A DNA stretch of 64,000 nucleotides from a virus. Made by a program: the position numbers and the translations under genes. The DNA is taken from the IMG/VR virus record IMGVR_UViG_3300027759_000002, positions 32,001 to 96,000 of that record; one strand, written 5' to 3'. Under the pieces are notes generated by a model. The model saw nothing but the letters and a program-made list of their open reading frames with translations, did not search any database and was not told the DNA's origin. This document shows, one piece after another, positions 39,379 through 49,145 of this stretch; positions within the stretch are counted from its first letter, which is position 1, and each line of letters starts with the position of its first letter.

Positions 39379-40266
39379 ATGGCATTTCCAACCAGTCCAA
39401 CAAATGGCCAACAGGCCACAGTAAATGGTATAACATATACCTATAGTACCACTTATGGTACATGGACAAGAGTTCCTACCGATGCAGGACAAGCATCAGC
39501 AACAGCAAATGCAGCTTTCATACAGGCAAACGCAGCATTTTCTCAAGCAAACAATTCTACAGACACATGGGTAAGAGGTCAAGCCAACAATGCATATAAC
39601 ACTGCAAACTCAGCAGGTTCATTTGCTAATGGTTCTTTTACTGTGGCCAATTCGGCAGCCAGTTTTGCTAATGGTGCCTTCACAACATCCAATTCAGCTG
39701 CAAGTTTTGCTAATGGTTCTTTTATAACTGCCAACTCAGCAGCCAGTTTTGCCAATGGTTCCTTTGTAACAGCCAATTCTGGTGCAATCTTTGCTAATGG
39801 TTCTTTTATAACTGCCAACTCAGCAGCCAGTTTTGCCAATGGTTCCTTTGTAACAGCCAATTCTGGTGCAATCTTTGCTAACGCAGCTTTTGCTAGAGCA
39901 AATTCGGCTTACAATGCTGCCAATACTGGCGGCGGTTCATCTGTAGATACATATATAAGTTTGACAATGACAGGTGCAATCACTTCACCATACACAGGCA
40001 CAAGTAGGTTTTATCCACCTAGAGCAATGTCATTAACTACAGTATATGCCAATTTATCAACTGCGGCCACTTCTGGTAATTTCACGTACATTATTAAGAA
40101 AAATGGAACAAGTATAGGTAATACATTTACCATTACTCAGAATCAAACTGTTATGACTCCGGCAAATATAAGTGTAAGTTTGGCGACTACCGACTATCTA
40201 ACTTTAGATGTGAACGGTGCATCCGCAACAGACTTATTTGTTAGAATTAAATATACAAACACCTAA
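39379..40266 (+). CDS. AN-heptad fibre protein with C-terminal beta-sandwich (cassette A gene 1)
   Basis: MAFPTSPTNGQQ start, AN repeats, C-terminal KKNG..DYLTLDV..DL domain shared with 49146. Confidence 0.7.
   Translation: MAFPTSPTNGQQATVNGITYTYSTTYGTWTRVPTDAGQASATANAAFIQANAAFSQANNSTDTWVRGQANNAYNTANSAGSFANGSFTVANSAASFANGAFTTSNSAASFANGSFITANSAASFANGSFVTANSGAIFANGSFITANSAASFANGSFVTANSGAIFANAAFARANSAYNAANTGGGSSVDTYISLTMTGAITSPYTGTSRFYPPRAMSLTTVYANLSTAATSGNFTYIIKKNGTSIGNTFTITQNQTVMTPANISVSLATTDYLTLDVNGASATDLFVRIKYTNT
39706..39881 (+). repeat. perfect tandem repeat, 84-bp unit (about 2.1 copies)
   Basis: Unit beginning TTTGCTAATGGTTCTTTTATAACTGCC recurs at 39706, 39790 and (8 bp) 39874. Confidence 0.9.
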
Positions 40267-40276
40267 ATATAAGACT

Positions 40277-40591
40277 ATGACAAATTACTATTTCAAACAA
40301 ATTTTTTCAATTTATTCGGGTTATGTCTATGAATTTACAGGTAATGTTCCTGATGGTGAATCACCTTTATCATATATTACCGAACAATTTGTGGCCGAAC
40401 ACGGTAACGGACAAATTCAAACTGCTGTTACTCAAGTACCAGCTGGTACATATTACTTTCATAGTTTTGAAAATTTAGAGTCTGTAAAATTTATTCAGGT
40501 CGCAGATTTAAGCTATCAAGAACCAATAATTCCTGATCCAGTACCTGATGCAAATACAGAAGTACAATCAGTATCACAAGGAGACCAGTAA
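40277..40591 (+). CDS. small acidic protein (cassette A gene 2)
   Basis: Start moved to ATG 40277, after the upstream stop. Acidic Pro-rich tail like 49794. Confidence 0.6.
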   Translation: MTNYYFKQIFSIYSGYVYEFTGNVPDGESPLSYITEQFVAEHGNGQIQTAVTQVPAGTYYFHSFENLESVKFIQVADLSYQEPIIPDPVPDANTEVQSVSQGDQ

Positions 40592-41793
40592 TGTTAGTTA
40601 GATATAGAATGAACAGTACGGCTAACGTTACCACCATGAGAACTGATATAGATAATATCATTAGAGGTTTGGCCAATACGACAGCACATTTAAGTGTAGG
40701 TTGCGATACAGCAAACACAGTATTCTATGGAACATATCCTTCTGCAAAATATGCTCGAGTAGGAACTGCTGCAGGTTCAGACACTTACAGTAAAATACAT
40801 AACGATTATGGCGACCTCGATTACATCAGATTATCTTATGATGCAACAAAATTAACAACCATAACACTTGCAAACACATACACATCTGGTACCGATACTC
40901 TAGTTAATTCCAGAGAAGTAGTAAAGTATGAATCTATTGGATACATACAAGCAAAATTTTCTGGTACAACAATGACAGTTAATGCTGTTGGCAATTTAAA
41001 ACTTGGATACACACTGGCTGTTGGTGATATAATCGGTCCAAATTATGATAGATATTATTCTACTGGAACCGCAGGCGCCAACTTCAGTGGCGCCATGTGT
41101 TTGATGTTTCCAAAAGCTGGCGAATTTGCATTAGGAAATAGTGGCGCAAATTCTTATGATCCAAATAGTGTTTCTCCATCTACAACAATTTCATCACAAA
41201 TAACTGGCACAACTGGATCAACCGGCACTTATGTTACGTCAACAACAAACGAGATGAACTCAGTATTTGGATTTACTTACTGGCAAGTTTTTAGACCTGT
41301 AAGTGCCAACATATTACCAAACACATTTAATGCTTATGGTCTACAACACGGTATCGACATTGTTATAAGTAGTAAAATGCTTGTTATAAGTAGTCCATAC
41401 AATGCAACATCTATTGGTATTTTTGACATTGGTAAAAATGGTGTGTCAAGAATATATACAGGCGAATCATTAATGGTAGGCATTGATTTAGAATCTGAAT
41501 ATTTCGGTGGAACCAACGCCTATAGATATAAGTTTACAACTAATTCTTATGGCCCACAGGCCGCCATGAGCCTGGTCAGTACACCACCATTAAGAAAATA
41601 TAATGAAAATGGTTCTGTAGTTGTAATAGAAAATCCAGTGTTTATTAATCACGAAGATAACGGCAACGTATTGTCTGTAATTTATGGATTATATAAAATT
41701 CCTGAAAATATATACGGAGCACACACAACTTACGTTGACGGAAGCAGTGTTCGAAGATTCACAATTAATGATTATTCATTACTAACGGAGTAA
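40591..41793 (+). CDS. hypothetical virion protein (cassette A gene 3)
   Basis: 400 aa, S/T/N/Y-rich, TAATG-coupled. Confidence 0.6.
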   Translation: MLVRYRMNSTANVTTMRTDIDNIIRGLANTTAHLSVGCDTANTVFYGTYPSAKYARVGTAAGSDTYSKIHNDYGDLDYIRLSYDATKLTTITLANTYTSGTDTLVNSREVVKYESIGYIQAKFSGTTMTVNAVGNLKLGYTLAVGDIIGPNYDRYYSTGTAGANFSGAMCLMFPKAGEFALGNSGANSYDPNSVSPSTTISSQITGTTGSTGTYVTSTTNEMNSVFGFTYWQVFRPVSANILPNTFNAYGLQHGIDIVISSKMLVISSPYNATSIGIFDIGKNGVSRIYTGESLMVGIDLESEYFGGTNAYRYKFTTNSYGPQAAMSLVSTPPLRKYNENGSVVVIENPVFINHEDNGNVLSVIYGLYKIPENIYGAHTTYVDGSSVRRFTINDYSLLTE

Positions 41794-41798
41794 AAAAT

Positions 41799-43106
41799 AT
41801 GTTATGTAGAATTAACCCATCAGTTAACGGTACAGTAACCGACCAAAAAGCAGTTGCTATAAATTTTTTACGAGCAATACGAGCTATAACTACTGCAGCT
41901 GCAAACTCAACACCAAGTGCTTTATCACAAACTGCACCGGCAGTTACACCTGCTGGAGCAGATGTAATCACACAGGTTATCAGTAATGCTGAAGGTGGTG
42001 GTTGGGCGAACACCGCTAATACAAACATAACTTCAGACTATAGTACAAGTTTTGCTTCGCCTTATACATTAGACCTATCTAGAGATAGTGGTAAGGGTGC
42101 ATATCCGTTTCGCAAGTTGAGTTTTAGAACTAATGTGAATCATCTTTTCAATGGAGCATATACAACTTATCCTCACATATTAGTTTCACACGGTTTCAAT
42201 ACAACTGCTAATGCGGGTGGAAATTATTTGTTAGGTACAGCTCAATATATGCCTAGTTATGGTGGAGAATATACTAGTAACCGATTTGATGTTAATAGAA
42301 CAGATACTTCAACCACTGCATATAATTATACTCCATGGGGACCAGGAGTACAAGGAGGTGAATGGTTGGTGGCTAGCACTGAACGATATTTTATATTAAT
42401 GTCAGGCGGCCTATCATCAACGGCAGGTTATGGACCTGGTGGTATGATGTATGTCGGACTAAGAACTACTCAAGCTTGGGAAGATTCATATAACGATAAT
42501 CCACCGATAGCAAGTGTTTGTTATGATGCCTCGGCCTATTACGACCAATCTTGTGGATCAAATGCAAGTATGTGGACAAGAACTCTTTCAAGTTCAGGCA
42601 CAGTAAACAATTCACCATTTTGGTATCGAATAAACAACCAAGTCAACAACGCCACATCTGCCGCTGTGCTTGACCTATCAGGCAACTATATCGATCCACT
42701 TTCAGCTTATTCCTATTCAACATCACAGTGGAATACTTACATCAGAGATCCTAGATACCATTGGGCAAATGAGATGCAAGTACCAATGTGTCCTTCATCA
42801 GGATTTTCCAATTTTAAATCAAAAATCAGAGGAAATTATCAAGTAACTGGTCCAACAATGGATCCATCGACAGGCACTTTTGTTCCTCCTGCATTTCCAA
42901 TTGTATTTGCAAAGAACACACAAGGCGCAACAACTGCTGGCGGTACAGCAATAGGATTATATAAGAGTATGAGTGGATCAGATACTTTCTTACAACAATA
43001 CTACACACCAGGTCAAACATTCGTGGTTAATAATGAAGCATATTATGCATACGTAATAGGAAATGACAGTCTATATAGAGACATGTTCTTGGTAAGAAAA
43101 GCTTAA
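41799..43106 (+). CDS. hypothetical virion protein (cassette A gene 4)
   Basis: 435 aa. C-terminal GLYKS...YTPGQTFVVN...Y region resembles the YTPGDTFTYN/YYPGDEFSYG ends of 51331 and 50078. Confidence 0.6.
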   Translation: MLCRINPSVNGTVTDQKAVAINFLRAIRAITTAAANSTPSALSQTAPAVTPAGADVITQVISNAEGGGWANTANTNITSDYSTSFASPYTLDLSRDSGKGAYPFRKLSFRTNVNHLFNGAYTTYPHILVSHGFNTTANAGGNYLLGTAQYMPSYGGEYTSNRFDVNRTDTSTTAYNYTPWGPGVQGGEWLVASTERYFILMSGGLSSTAGYGPGGMMYVGLRTTQAWEDSYNDNPPIASVCYDASAYYDQSCGSNASMWTRTLSSSGTVNNSPFWYRINNQVNNATSAAVLDLSGNYIDPLSAYSYSTSQWNTYIRDPRYHWANEMQVPMCPSSGFSNFKSKIRGNYQVTGPTMDPSTGTFVPPAFPIVFAKNTQGATTAGGTAIGLYKSMSGSDTFLQQYYTPGQTFVVNNEAYYAYVIGNDSLYRDMFLVRKA

Positions 43107-43148
43107 CAGGAGTTTTTTTGAAAACTCATGTGGTTGATTAAAAAATAA

Positions 43149-46100
43149 ATGGCAAATGTATTAGCGACTTATGGATTTCCAGATAGTTACGAGTTAATCG
43201 TAGCTGGTTCAGCATCGGTAAAATATGTAAGTGCTTCGGGTAGTGACAGTAATAACGGCAATACGGTAAGCACACCGTACTTGACCATTGCAGCGGCATT
43301 AAGTGCAACAAGCGGTACAGCAACATCAGTAACCATTGTCATTCTTGCTGGCACATATAATATATCAGCAACCGCATTAGCTAATGGTTATGGCGCAGCA
43401 TGTATAAGTGACGGTGGGAATCCTAGAATATTTGTTTGTTCTGCCGGTCAAGTAATCATAAACTGTACTGATGCAACCGCAGTACGAGATTTTGCGCCAC
43501 TCAATTTTGTAAATTCTAGTTCGGCCATTTATGGCGCCATATTAAAGCGCAACAACAGTGGACGAACAACCAGTTATACAGTATCAGTTTTAAATGATGA
43601 GTCTGTAAACTTCAGAGGTTCGGCATATAATACAATATTCCAAGAAGTAAATTCCAACAATGCTTGGTCAGTACAATATGATAACGGTGGTAATCCAACA
43701 GGTAAAGTATATAACTCTACGTTCTATAATGGAGCAAATGCCGCTGCTGATTATTCTGGCGGTGCAGGTTTAGTAATAACCGACACAGTATTCAATACGA
43801 CAACATCAAGTTCTGCAACATTTACTGGTTGTTTGACCAGCCAAACAGTTAATGCAACAACTTATGTAACAACAGGCGTAACAACTAAGGGTGTTTATTC
43901 TGGTACATACGCATGGAATGGTACCACCACACCATTGGTCAATGGATTTTTAAATCCAGCAAACACAGTTTTTAGTGGAACAACTATCAATTTCACTTTG
44001 TATGATAGTAATTCAGCAAATGTATCTTATACAATAACTGGCGTAACAACAGCAGATTTAAACGGCACTTCTTTAACAGGTTACTTTACTTCAGCATCAG
44101 GTGCTTTCACACTTAGTGTACCAACAAAAGTCAAAGTTGCTGAAACAAAAACACTATCAATCACAACAGGAACATATTCAGCAAATGTTGTAATCACTCC
44201 GGGACTTAGTTTTGAAGCACTAATTGTAGCTGGCGGTGGTAGTGGTGGTAACCACAATACTACTAATGCGAACGGCGGCGGCGGCGCTGGTGGTGTTCTT
44301 AGAGGATCCATTTCAACGGCCGGCGGTGTTTTTGCTGTGGCTGTTGGCGCAGGCGGTGCAGCAATTGCTAATGCTACTGCTCTCAATGGAGTTAAAGGTA
44401 CTGATTCTGGTCTAGGTAGTTATGTTGCAGAAGGTGGTGGCGGTGGTGGTAGTTCAGGTGTAGGTTTTTCATCGTCAAGTCAGAACGGTGGTTCAGGCGG
44501 CGGTAATGCTTACTATCAATCTGGTGGCGGCCTAGCGAACAATAACCTTACAGCAGGAACATTAACTGTACTAGGTAATAACGGCGGATCAACATCAACA
44601 ACTTGGACTGGCGCAGGCGGTGGTGGTGCTGGAGCAGTCGGTCAAGCCGGAACAGGATCAAGTCCTGGTGGCAATGGCGGCATTGGTATTACTAATGATT
44701 GGACAGGAACCACTCGTTATCTGGCTGGCGGCGGTGGCGGTGGCGGTAACAGTAGTGAACGAGCAGGTGATGGATTTTATGGTGGCGGCCGAGGTTCTGG
44801 TACAACCACATATTACAGTTATAATGTCTATACCAATGAAATAAATGCTACTACTAAAGGTAGCGGAATACCAACTGCTGTAGTCAATACAGGTGGCGGC
44901 GGAGGCGGCGGATCTTATTGGGCATCTAACGGCGGATGGTCTACTGGTTCTGGAGCAGGTGGTTCTGGTATAGTAATTATACAGTATGCAGGAAGTCAAA
45001 AAGCGACAGGCGGTACTGTCACAACAGTTGGATCAAATACAGTTCATACATTCACTACTAGTGGAACATTTACAGTTCTTGGTGGTGGTTTATCAGCAAG
45101 CGCAAACACTTTATATTGGGGTGATAGTTTAACACTTACATATTCTGATGACTTAGCTGATGGAAGTAATGCTGCATACACAATATCCGGAGTAAGTAGT
45201 TCACAAATTAATAATGCATCACTTACTGGCAATTTTACTTTTGCTAACAGTACATCACAATTAATTATACAAACGACACCAACAACTGCTACAGCAAACA
45301 CATTAACTATTACTGTTGGTTCTTACACACTAAACATACCTATAACATTTTTAATATCTTTTACAGGACCAATTGGTGGATACTGGGGTGCAAATTTAAC
45401 ATACACAGCTGCGACAAGAGGTCTAAGTAATAACACATTGATTCCTTATGCCATCACAGGTAGTAATGTTACTAGTTCACAGTTAAATAGTTTGCCTTTG
45501 ACTGGAACAATTACGAATATTGTTTCCGCACTACCATTGGGTAGTAATTATTTTGATGGTACTACCGATTATCTAAGTGTTACCAACGGTTCTGGTTTTC
45601 AGTTTGGCACAGGTGATTTTACTATTGAATGTTGGATTAAAACTACAGACCAAGCATTTGATATTATTAGTCAGCATGCATCAGGTGGAACTAATTGGAA
45701 TTGGTTGATTATCAATGGTAATATATATTGGCAATATTCAAATGCTGGTGCTAATCTATTTTCTATTGCACTCAGTTCTTTGACTTCAAATCCAACTAAT
45801 GGTTCTTGGACACATATTGCTGTTACTAGAACATCTGGCACAATGAAATTTTGGATTAATGGAACAGGTCAATCTACAACTGCTGCAGATAGTACTAATT
45901 ATGCTGGTGCAGCTGCATTGGTTAGAATAGGTGGTTCTCAATATGCTGATTTTCAAGGAAACATTTCTAATTTAAGAGTCGTTAAAGGTCTTGCAGTTTA
46001 TACATCAAACTTTACTCCTTCTGTAACACCATTATTTGCAACACAAAGTTCTGGAACAGGTATCGCTGCAATCACAGGTACACAAACAAGTTTATTAACA

Positions 46101-46727
46101 TGTAAGAGTCAAACTACTCTTACTGATTATAGTACAAATGCATTTGTTGTTACAGGTAACGGAAACGTTGCGGCCAATACAGAATATCCAGGAACATTTA
46201 CTTCCGCTGGGCCAACTACAAACTTAGGAACAGGCACACTAATAATTACCACAAACACCTCGGCTCCTTTGTTATCTTCAGCCAATGGATTTGTTACTGT
46301 TGGCGCAAACACAATAGCTATTACAGTTAGAACTTCAACTGCTGTTGTTACGAATAGTTTTTCAACAACAGTAGATTCTTTTACACCAATTAACACCATC
46401 ACAACAGATATACATTCACAGAATGTTGAAGCAATATTAAGTTCCAATGGATCAGTGGCATTGACAGTGTTGGATGGAAATACTACTCAAAATACATTAA
46501 CGTTTATTAATACCATTACAACAGATATACATTCACAAAATGTTGAAGGTATTGTAACTGTTAGCACAAATTCATTTAATTCGGTAGTAACTTCTAACAC
46601 AATAGATCCATCAATATCAACGATTGTTCCTCTACCAACATACGCATACAGTTCAGGTACGGAACTATCAGCAAACGGAAATGCAATAGCCGCAACACCT
46701 ACTGTCACTCAAACCTGGTACATCTAA
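43149..46727 (+). CDS. large multidomain adhesin-like protein (beta-helix/pectin-lyase-like start, Gly-rich domain, ConA/LamG domain)
   Basis: KYVSASGSDSNNG..PYLTIAAAL (DUF1565-like), ALIVAGGG..GGSGIVIIQY, FGTGDFTIECWIK..WTHIAVTR..FQGNISNLRVVKG. Confidence 0.75.
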   Translation: MANVLATYGFPDSYELIVAGSASVKYVSASGSDSNNGNTVSTPYLTIAAALSATSGTATSVTIVILAGTYNISATALANGYGAACISDGGNPRIFVCSAGQVIINCTDATAVRDFAPLNFVNSSSAIYGAILKRNNSGRTTSYTVSVLNDESVNFRGSAYNTIFQEVNSNNAWSVQYDNGGNPTGKVYNSTFYNGANAAADYSGGAGLVITDTVFNTTTSSSATFTGCLTSQTVNATTYVTTGVTTKGVYSGTYAWNGTTTPLVNGFLNPANTVFSGTTINFTLYDSNSANVSYTITGVTTADLNGTSLTGYFTSASGAFTLSVPTKVKVAETKTLSITTGTYSANVVITPGLSFEALIVAGGGSGGNHNTTNANGGGGAGGVLRGSISTAGGVFAVAVGAGGAAIANATALNGVKGTDSGLGSYVAEGGGGGGSSGVGFSSSSQNGGSGGGNAYYQSGGGLANNNLTAGTLTVLGNNGGSTSTTWTGAGGGGAGAVGQAGTGSSPGGNGGIGITNDWTGTTRYLAGGGGGGGNSSERAGDGFYGGGRGSGTTTYYSYNVYTNEINATTKGSGIPTAVVNTGGGGGGGSYWASNGGWSTGSGAGGSGIVIIQYAGSQKATGGTVTTVGSNTVHTFTTSGTFTVLGGGLSASANTLYWGDSLTLTYSDDLADGSNAAYTISGVSSSQINNASLTGNFTFANSTSQLIIQTTPTTATANTLTITVGSYTLNIPITFLISFTGPIGGYWGANLTYTAATRGLSNNTLIPYAITGSNVTSSQLNSLPLTGTITNIVSALPLGSNYFDGTTDYLSVTNGSGFQFGTGDFTIECWIKTTDQAFDIISQHASGGTNWNWLIINGNIYWQYSNAGANLFSIALSSLTSNPTNGSWTHIAVTRTSGTMKFWINGTGQSTTAADSTNYAGAAALVRIGGSQYADFQGNISNLRVVKGLAVYTSNFTPSVTPLFATQSSGTGIAAITGTQTSLLTCKSQTTLTDYSTNAFVVTGNGNVAANTEYPGTFTSAGPTTNLGTGTLIITTNTSAPLLSSANGFVTVGANTIAITVRTSTAVVTNSFSTTVDSFTPINTITTDIHSQNVEAILSSNGSVALTVLDGNTTQNTLTFINTITTDIHSQNVEGIVTVSTNSFNSVVTSNTIDPSISTIVPLPTYAYSSGTELSANGNAIAATPTVTQTWYI

Positions 46728-46748
46728 AATTTTCAACAAAAAAAGTGA

Positions 46749-46756
46749 AATAAATA
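46749..46756 (+). promoter_or_regulatory. T4-type late promoter (AATAAATA)
   Basis: Intergenic consensus match upstream of 46777. Confidence 0.55.
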
Positions 46757-46776
46757 GAATGAAAAGGTTATAAAGA

Positions 46777-47832
46777 ATGTCAACTCAAGTCCCACCGTCA
46801 AGATTAGATTCAACCAAAGACTTTTCATCTTTGGTTCCTTCTGCGTTCGCTCGTGCTAATGCTGCGTTCGCACAAGCAAATAATTCTACTGACACTTGGG
46901 TAAGAGGTCAGGCTAATAACGCATACAATACAGCTAATGCTGCATTTCTGCAAGCGAACAATTCTACCGATTCATGGGTAAGAACACAAGCTAATAATTC
47001 TTTTAATAAAGCAAACTCAGCCGCAGAGTTTGCTAATGCATCCTTTTTGGTTGCCAACTCGGCATATGCTTGGGGCAACCACGCTACAGTTGGTTATGCA
47101 ACAACAACTTATGTTGGTACAGCTGTTGCCAATCTAGTAAATTCAGCACCAAGCACATTAGATACATTAAATGAATTGGCAACCGCATTAGGTAATGATG
47201 CCAATTTTAGTGCCACGATTACTAACATGGTTGGCACAGCAAACTCTTTTGCTAATGGTGCTTTCACACAAGCAAACTCAGCAGCATCATTTGCTAACGG
47301 TGCATTTGGTGTTGCTAATACATCAGCTAGTTTTGCCAATGGTGCTTTCCTACAAGCTAATGCTGTATTCAGCCAATCAAATACGTATGTTTGGCCAACA
47401 GCCAACTCAGCCGCAAGTTTTGCTAATAGTGCCTTTGCTCGTGCAAATGCGGCTTATGCTCAAGCCAATACGGGTTCTACCGATACATGGGTTAGAACTC
47501 AGGCTAACAATGCGTACACACAGGCCAATGCGGCTCTCATTCAAGCAAACTCATCACAATTATCAGCAAACGTAGATTCATTTATCGGTAATGGTTCAAA
47601 CACAACATTCTTATTAACTGTAACACCAGCAGATAAGAAATTTACCATGTTAGTTGTTGATGGTGTTGCACAACCAAAGAGTGCTTACACAATATCTGGT
47701 ACAACACTTGCATTATCTTCAGCGGCACCTAACAATGCCATTGTAGAAATAACAACATTTGGTGGTAATGCATCCGCACCAACTCAAACATTACCTGACA
47801 TTTTAAGTCCCTTCTTATTTTTAGGGATATAA
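46777..47832 (+). CDS. AN-heptad fibre protein with one knob domain
   Basis: AN repeats, APSTLDTLNELATALGNDANF, 59-aa knob. Ends SPFLFLGI. Confidence 0.72.
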   Translation: MSTQVPPSRLDSTKDFSSLVPSAFARANAAFAQANNSTDTWVRGQANNAYNTANAAFLQANNSTDSWVRTQANNSFNKANSAAEFANASFLVANSAYAWGNHATVGYATTTYVGTAVANLVNSAPSTLDTLNELATALGNDANFSATITNMVGTANSFANGAFTQANSAASFANGAFGVANTSASFANGAFLQANAVFSQSNTYVWPTANSAASFANSAFARANAAYAQANTGSTDTWVRTQANNAYTQANAALIQANSSQLSANVDSFIGNGSNTTFLLTVTPADKKFTMLVVDGVAQPKSAYTISGTTLALSSAAPNNAIVEITTFGGNASAPTQTLPDILSPFLFLGI

Positions 47833-47841
47833 GGAAAAAAT

Positions 47842-48171
47842 ATGGCAGCTTTATATAAAATTTTAGGTCAAGCAAATCCAGCAGCAACAACAGCAACGAC
47901 TGTATATACTGTGCCTGCTTTAACAAATACAGTATGTTCCACAATCTCAGTCTGTAATACTGGTGCAACATCCGCAACTTTCAGAATTGCCTTTAGACCA
48001 ACAGGTGAATCTTTGGCACTAAAACATTATATCAATTATGATACAACTGTGGCAGGCAACGATTCAATGTACATTTCATTAGGTGTCACTCTAGCAACAA
48101 CCGATGTTGTTACTGTGTATGCAAGTAATGCCAATTTATGTTTCTCTATGTTTGGTACGGAGATTGTTTAA
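47842..48171 (+). CDS. small adaptor-like protein (KILGQANP class)
   Basis: 109 aa. Paralogue of 31988 and 35074. Confidence 0.7.
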   Translation: MAALYKILGQANPAATTATTVYTVPALTNTVCSTISVCNTGATSATFRIAFRPTGESLALKHYINYDTTVAGNDSMYISLGVTLATTDVVTVYASNANLCFSMFGTEIV

Positions 48172-49127
48172 TGGGTATTAAGAGTGCCAGTCAACTGTCT
48201 GTTAGTAAGGGAAGATTCTTCTCATCAACCACCAGTGGTGGTTCGACTTCAGCAGCATTGGCAACAAGTACTGGTGGAACAATCTATTTGGGTAATAGAG
48301 TAGTACCAGTATCAAACACATACGTTGAAAACGGATACAGATATCATTTATATAAATCAAACGGAACATTTACCGCATCAGGAACAGGCACAGTTGATAT
48401 ACTACTAGTAGGTGGTGGCGGTGGCGGTGGCCAAGGCGGTGGCGGTAGCGGAGCAAATGTAATTATATTAACTGGTGTTACAGTAACAGCACAAACTTAT
48501 ACTGTAACAGTTGGTTCCGGTGGTGTTGCTGGTCGTAATGGTGGTTATGGTAGTACCAATCCAACAGCAGGCACACCTTCTTCTGTTACAGGTATTGCCG
48601 GTGCTACTGCAAATGGTGGTGCATCCGGCGATAACGCTAGTTATGCTGGTAATGGTTTTCCGGCCGGATCCGGAGCAGGCGCAAGCACCACATCACCAAT
48701 AGGTCCATCTTCAAACGTTTATGTTGCATATGGTATATCAGCAGGTTATAGTTCACCTGGATCAAGTGGTGCAACAGGCCAAAATGGTGCATCAGACAAT
48801 GGTTTTTTAAGTTCCATCTCACAAAATTTTCCCGCAGTTGGTGAAAGATTGGGAACAAATACATATTTTGGAGCAGGCGGTGGAGGAGGTTGTAGTCAAG
48901 GAAACAACAATACTAACAGAGGTTACATAGGATGGGGTGGATTAGGTAAGGGTGGTGGATCAAAATATGGTGGTTATGGTGGTACTGATGTAGTAACCAC
49001 AGCAGGACAAAGTGGTGCCGATAATACCGGATCGGGTGGATCAGGTGGTACGGTAATTGATAGTAACCAATATCCTGGCGGTGGTTCTGGTGGTTCTGGT
49101 GTTGTAGTCATAAGGTATGCCATTTAA
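48171..49127 (+). CDS. glycine-rich domain protein (putative adhesin)
   Basis: Start at ATG 48171 (TAATG overlap). GYRYHLYKSNGTF..ILLVGGGG..GGSGVVVIRY. Confidence 0.7.
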   Translation: MGIKSASQLSVSKGRFFSSTTSGGSTSAALATSTGGTIYLGNRVVPVSNTYVENGYRYHLYKSNGTFTASGTGTVDILLVGGGGGGGQGGGGSGANVIILTGVTVTAQTYTVTVGSGGVAGRNGGYGSTNPTAGTPSSVTGIAGATANGGASGDNASYAGNGFPAGSGAGASTTSPIGPSSNVYVAYGISAGYSSPGSSGATGQNGASDNGFLSSISQNFPAVGERLGTNTYFGAGGGGGCSQGNNNTNRGYIGWGGLGKGGGSKYGGYGGTDVVTTAGQSGADNTGSGGSGGTVIDSNQYPGGGSGGSGVVVIRYAI

Positions 49128-49135
49128 CTCATCTA

Positions 49136-49143
49136 AATAAATA
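49136..49143 (+). promoter_or_regulatory. possible T4-type late promoter (AATAAATA)
   Basis: Consensus match in a short gap, only 2 nt before the ATG. Confidence 0.35.
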
Positions 49144-49145
49144 TT

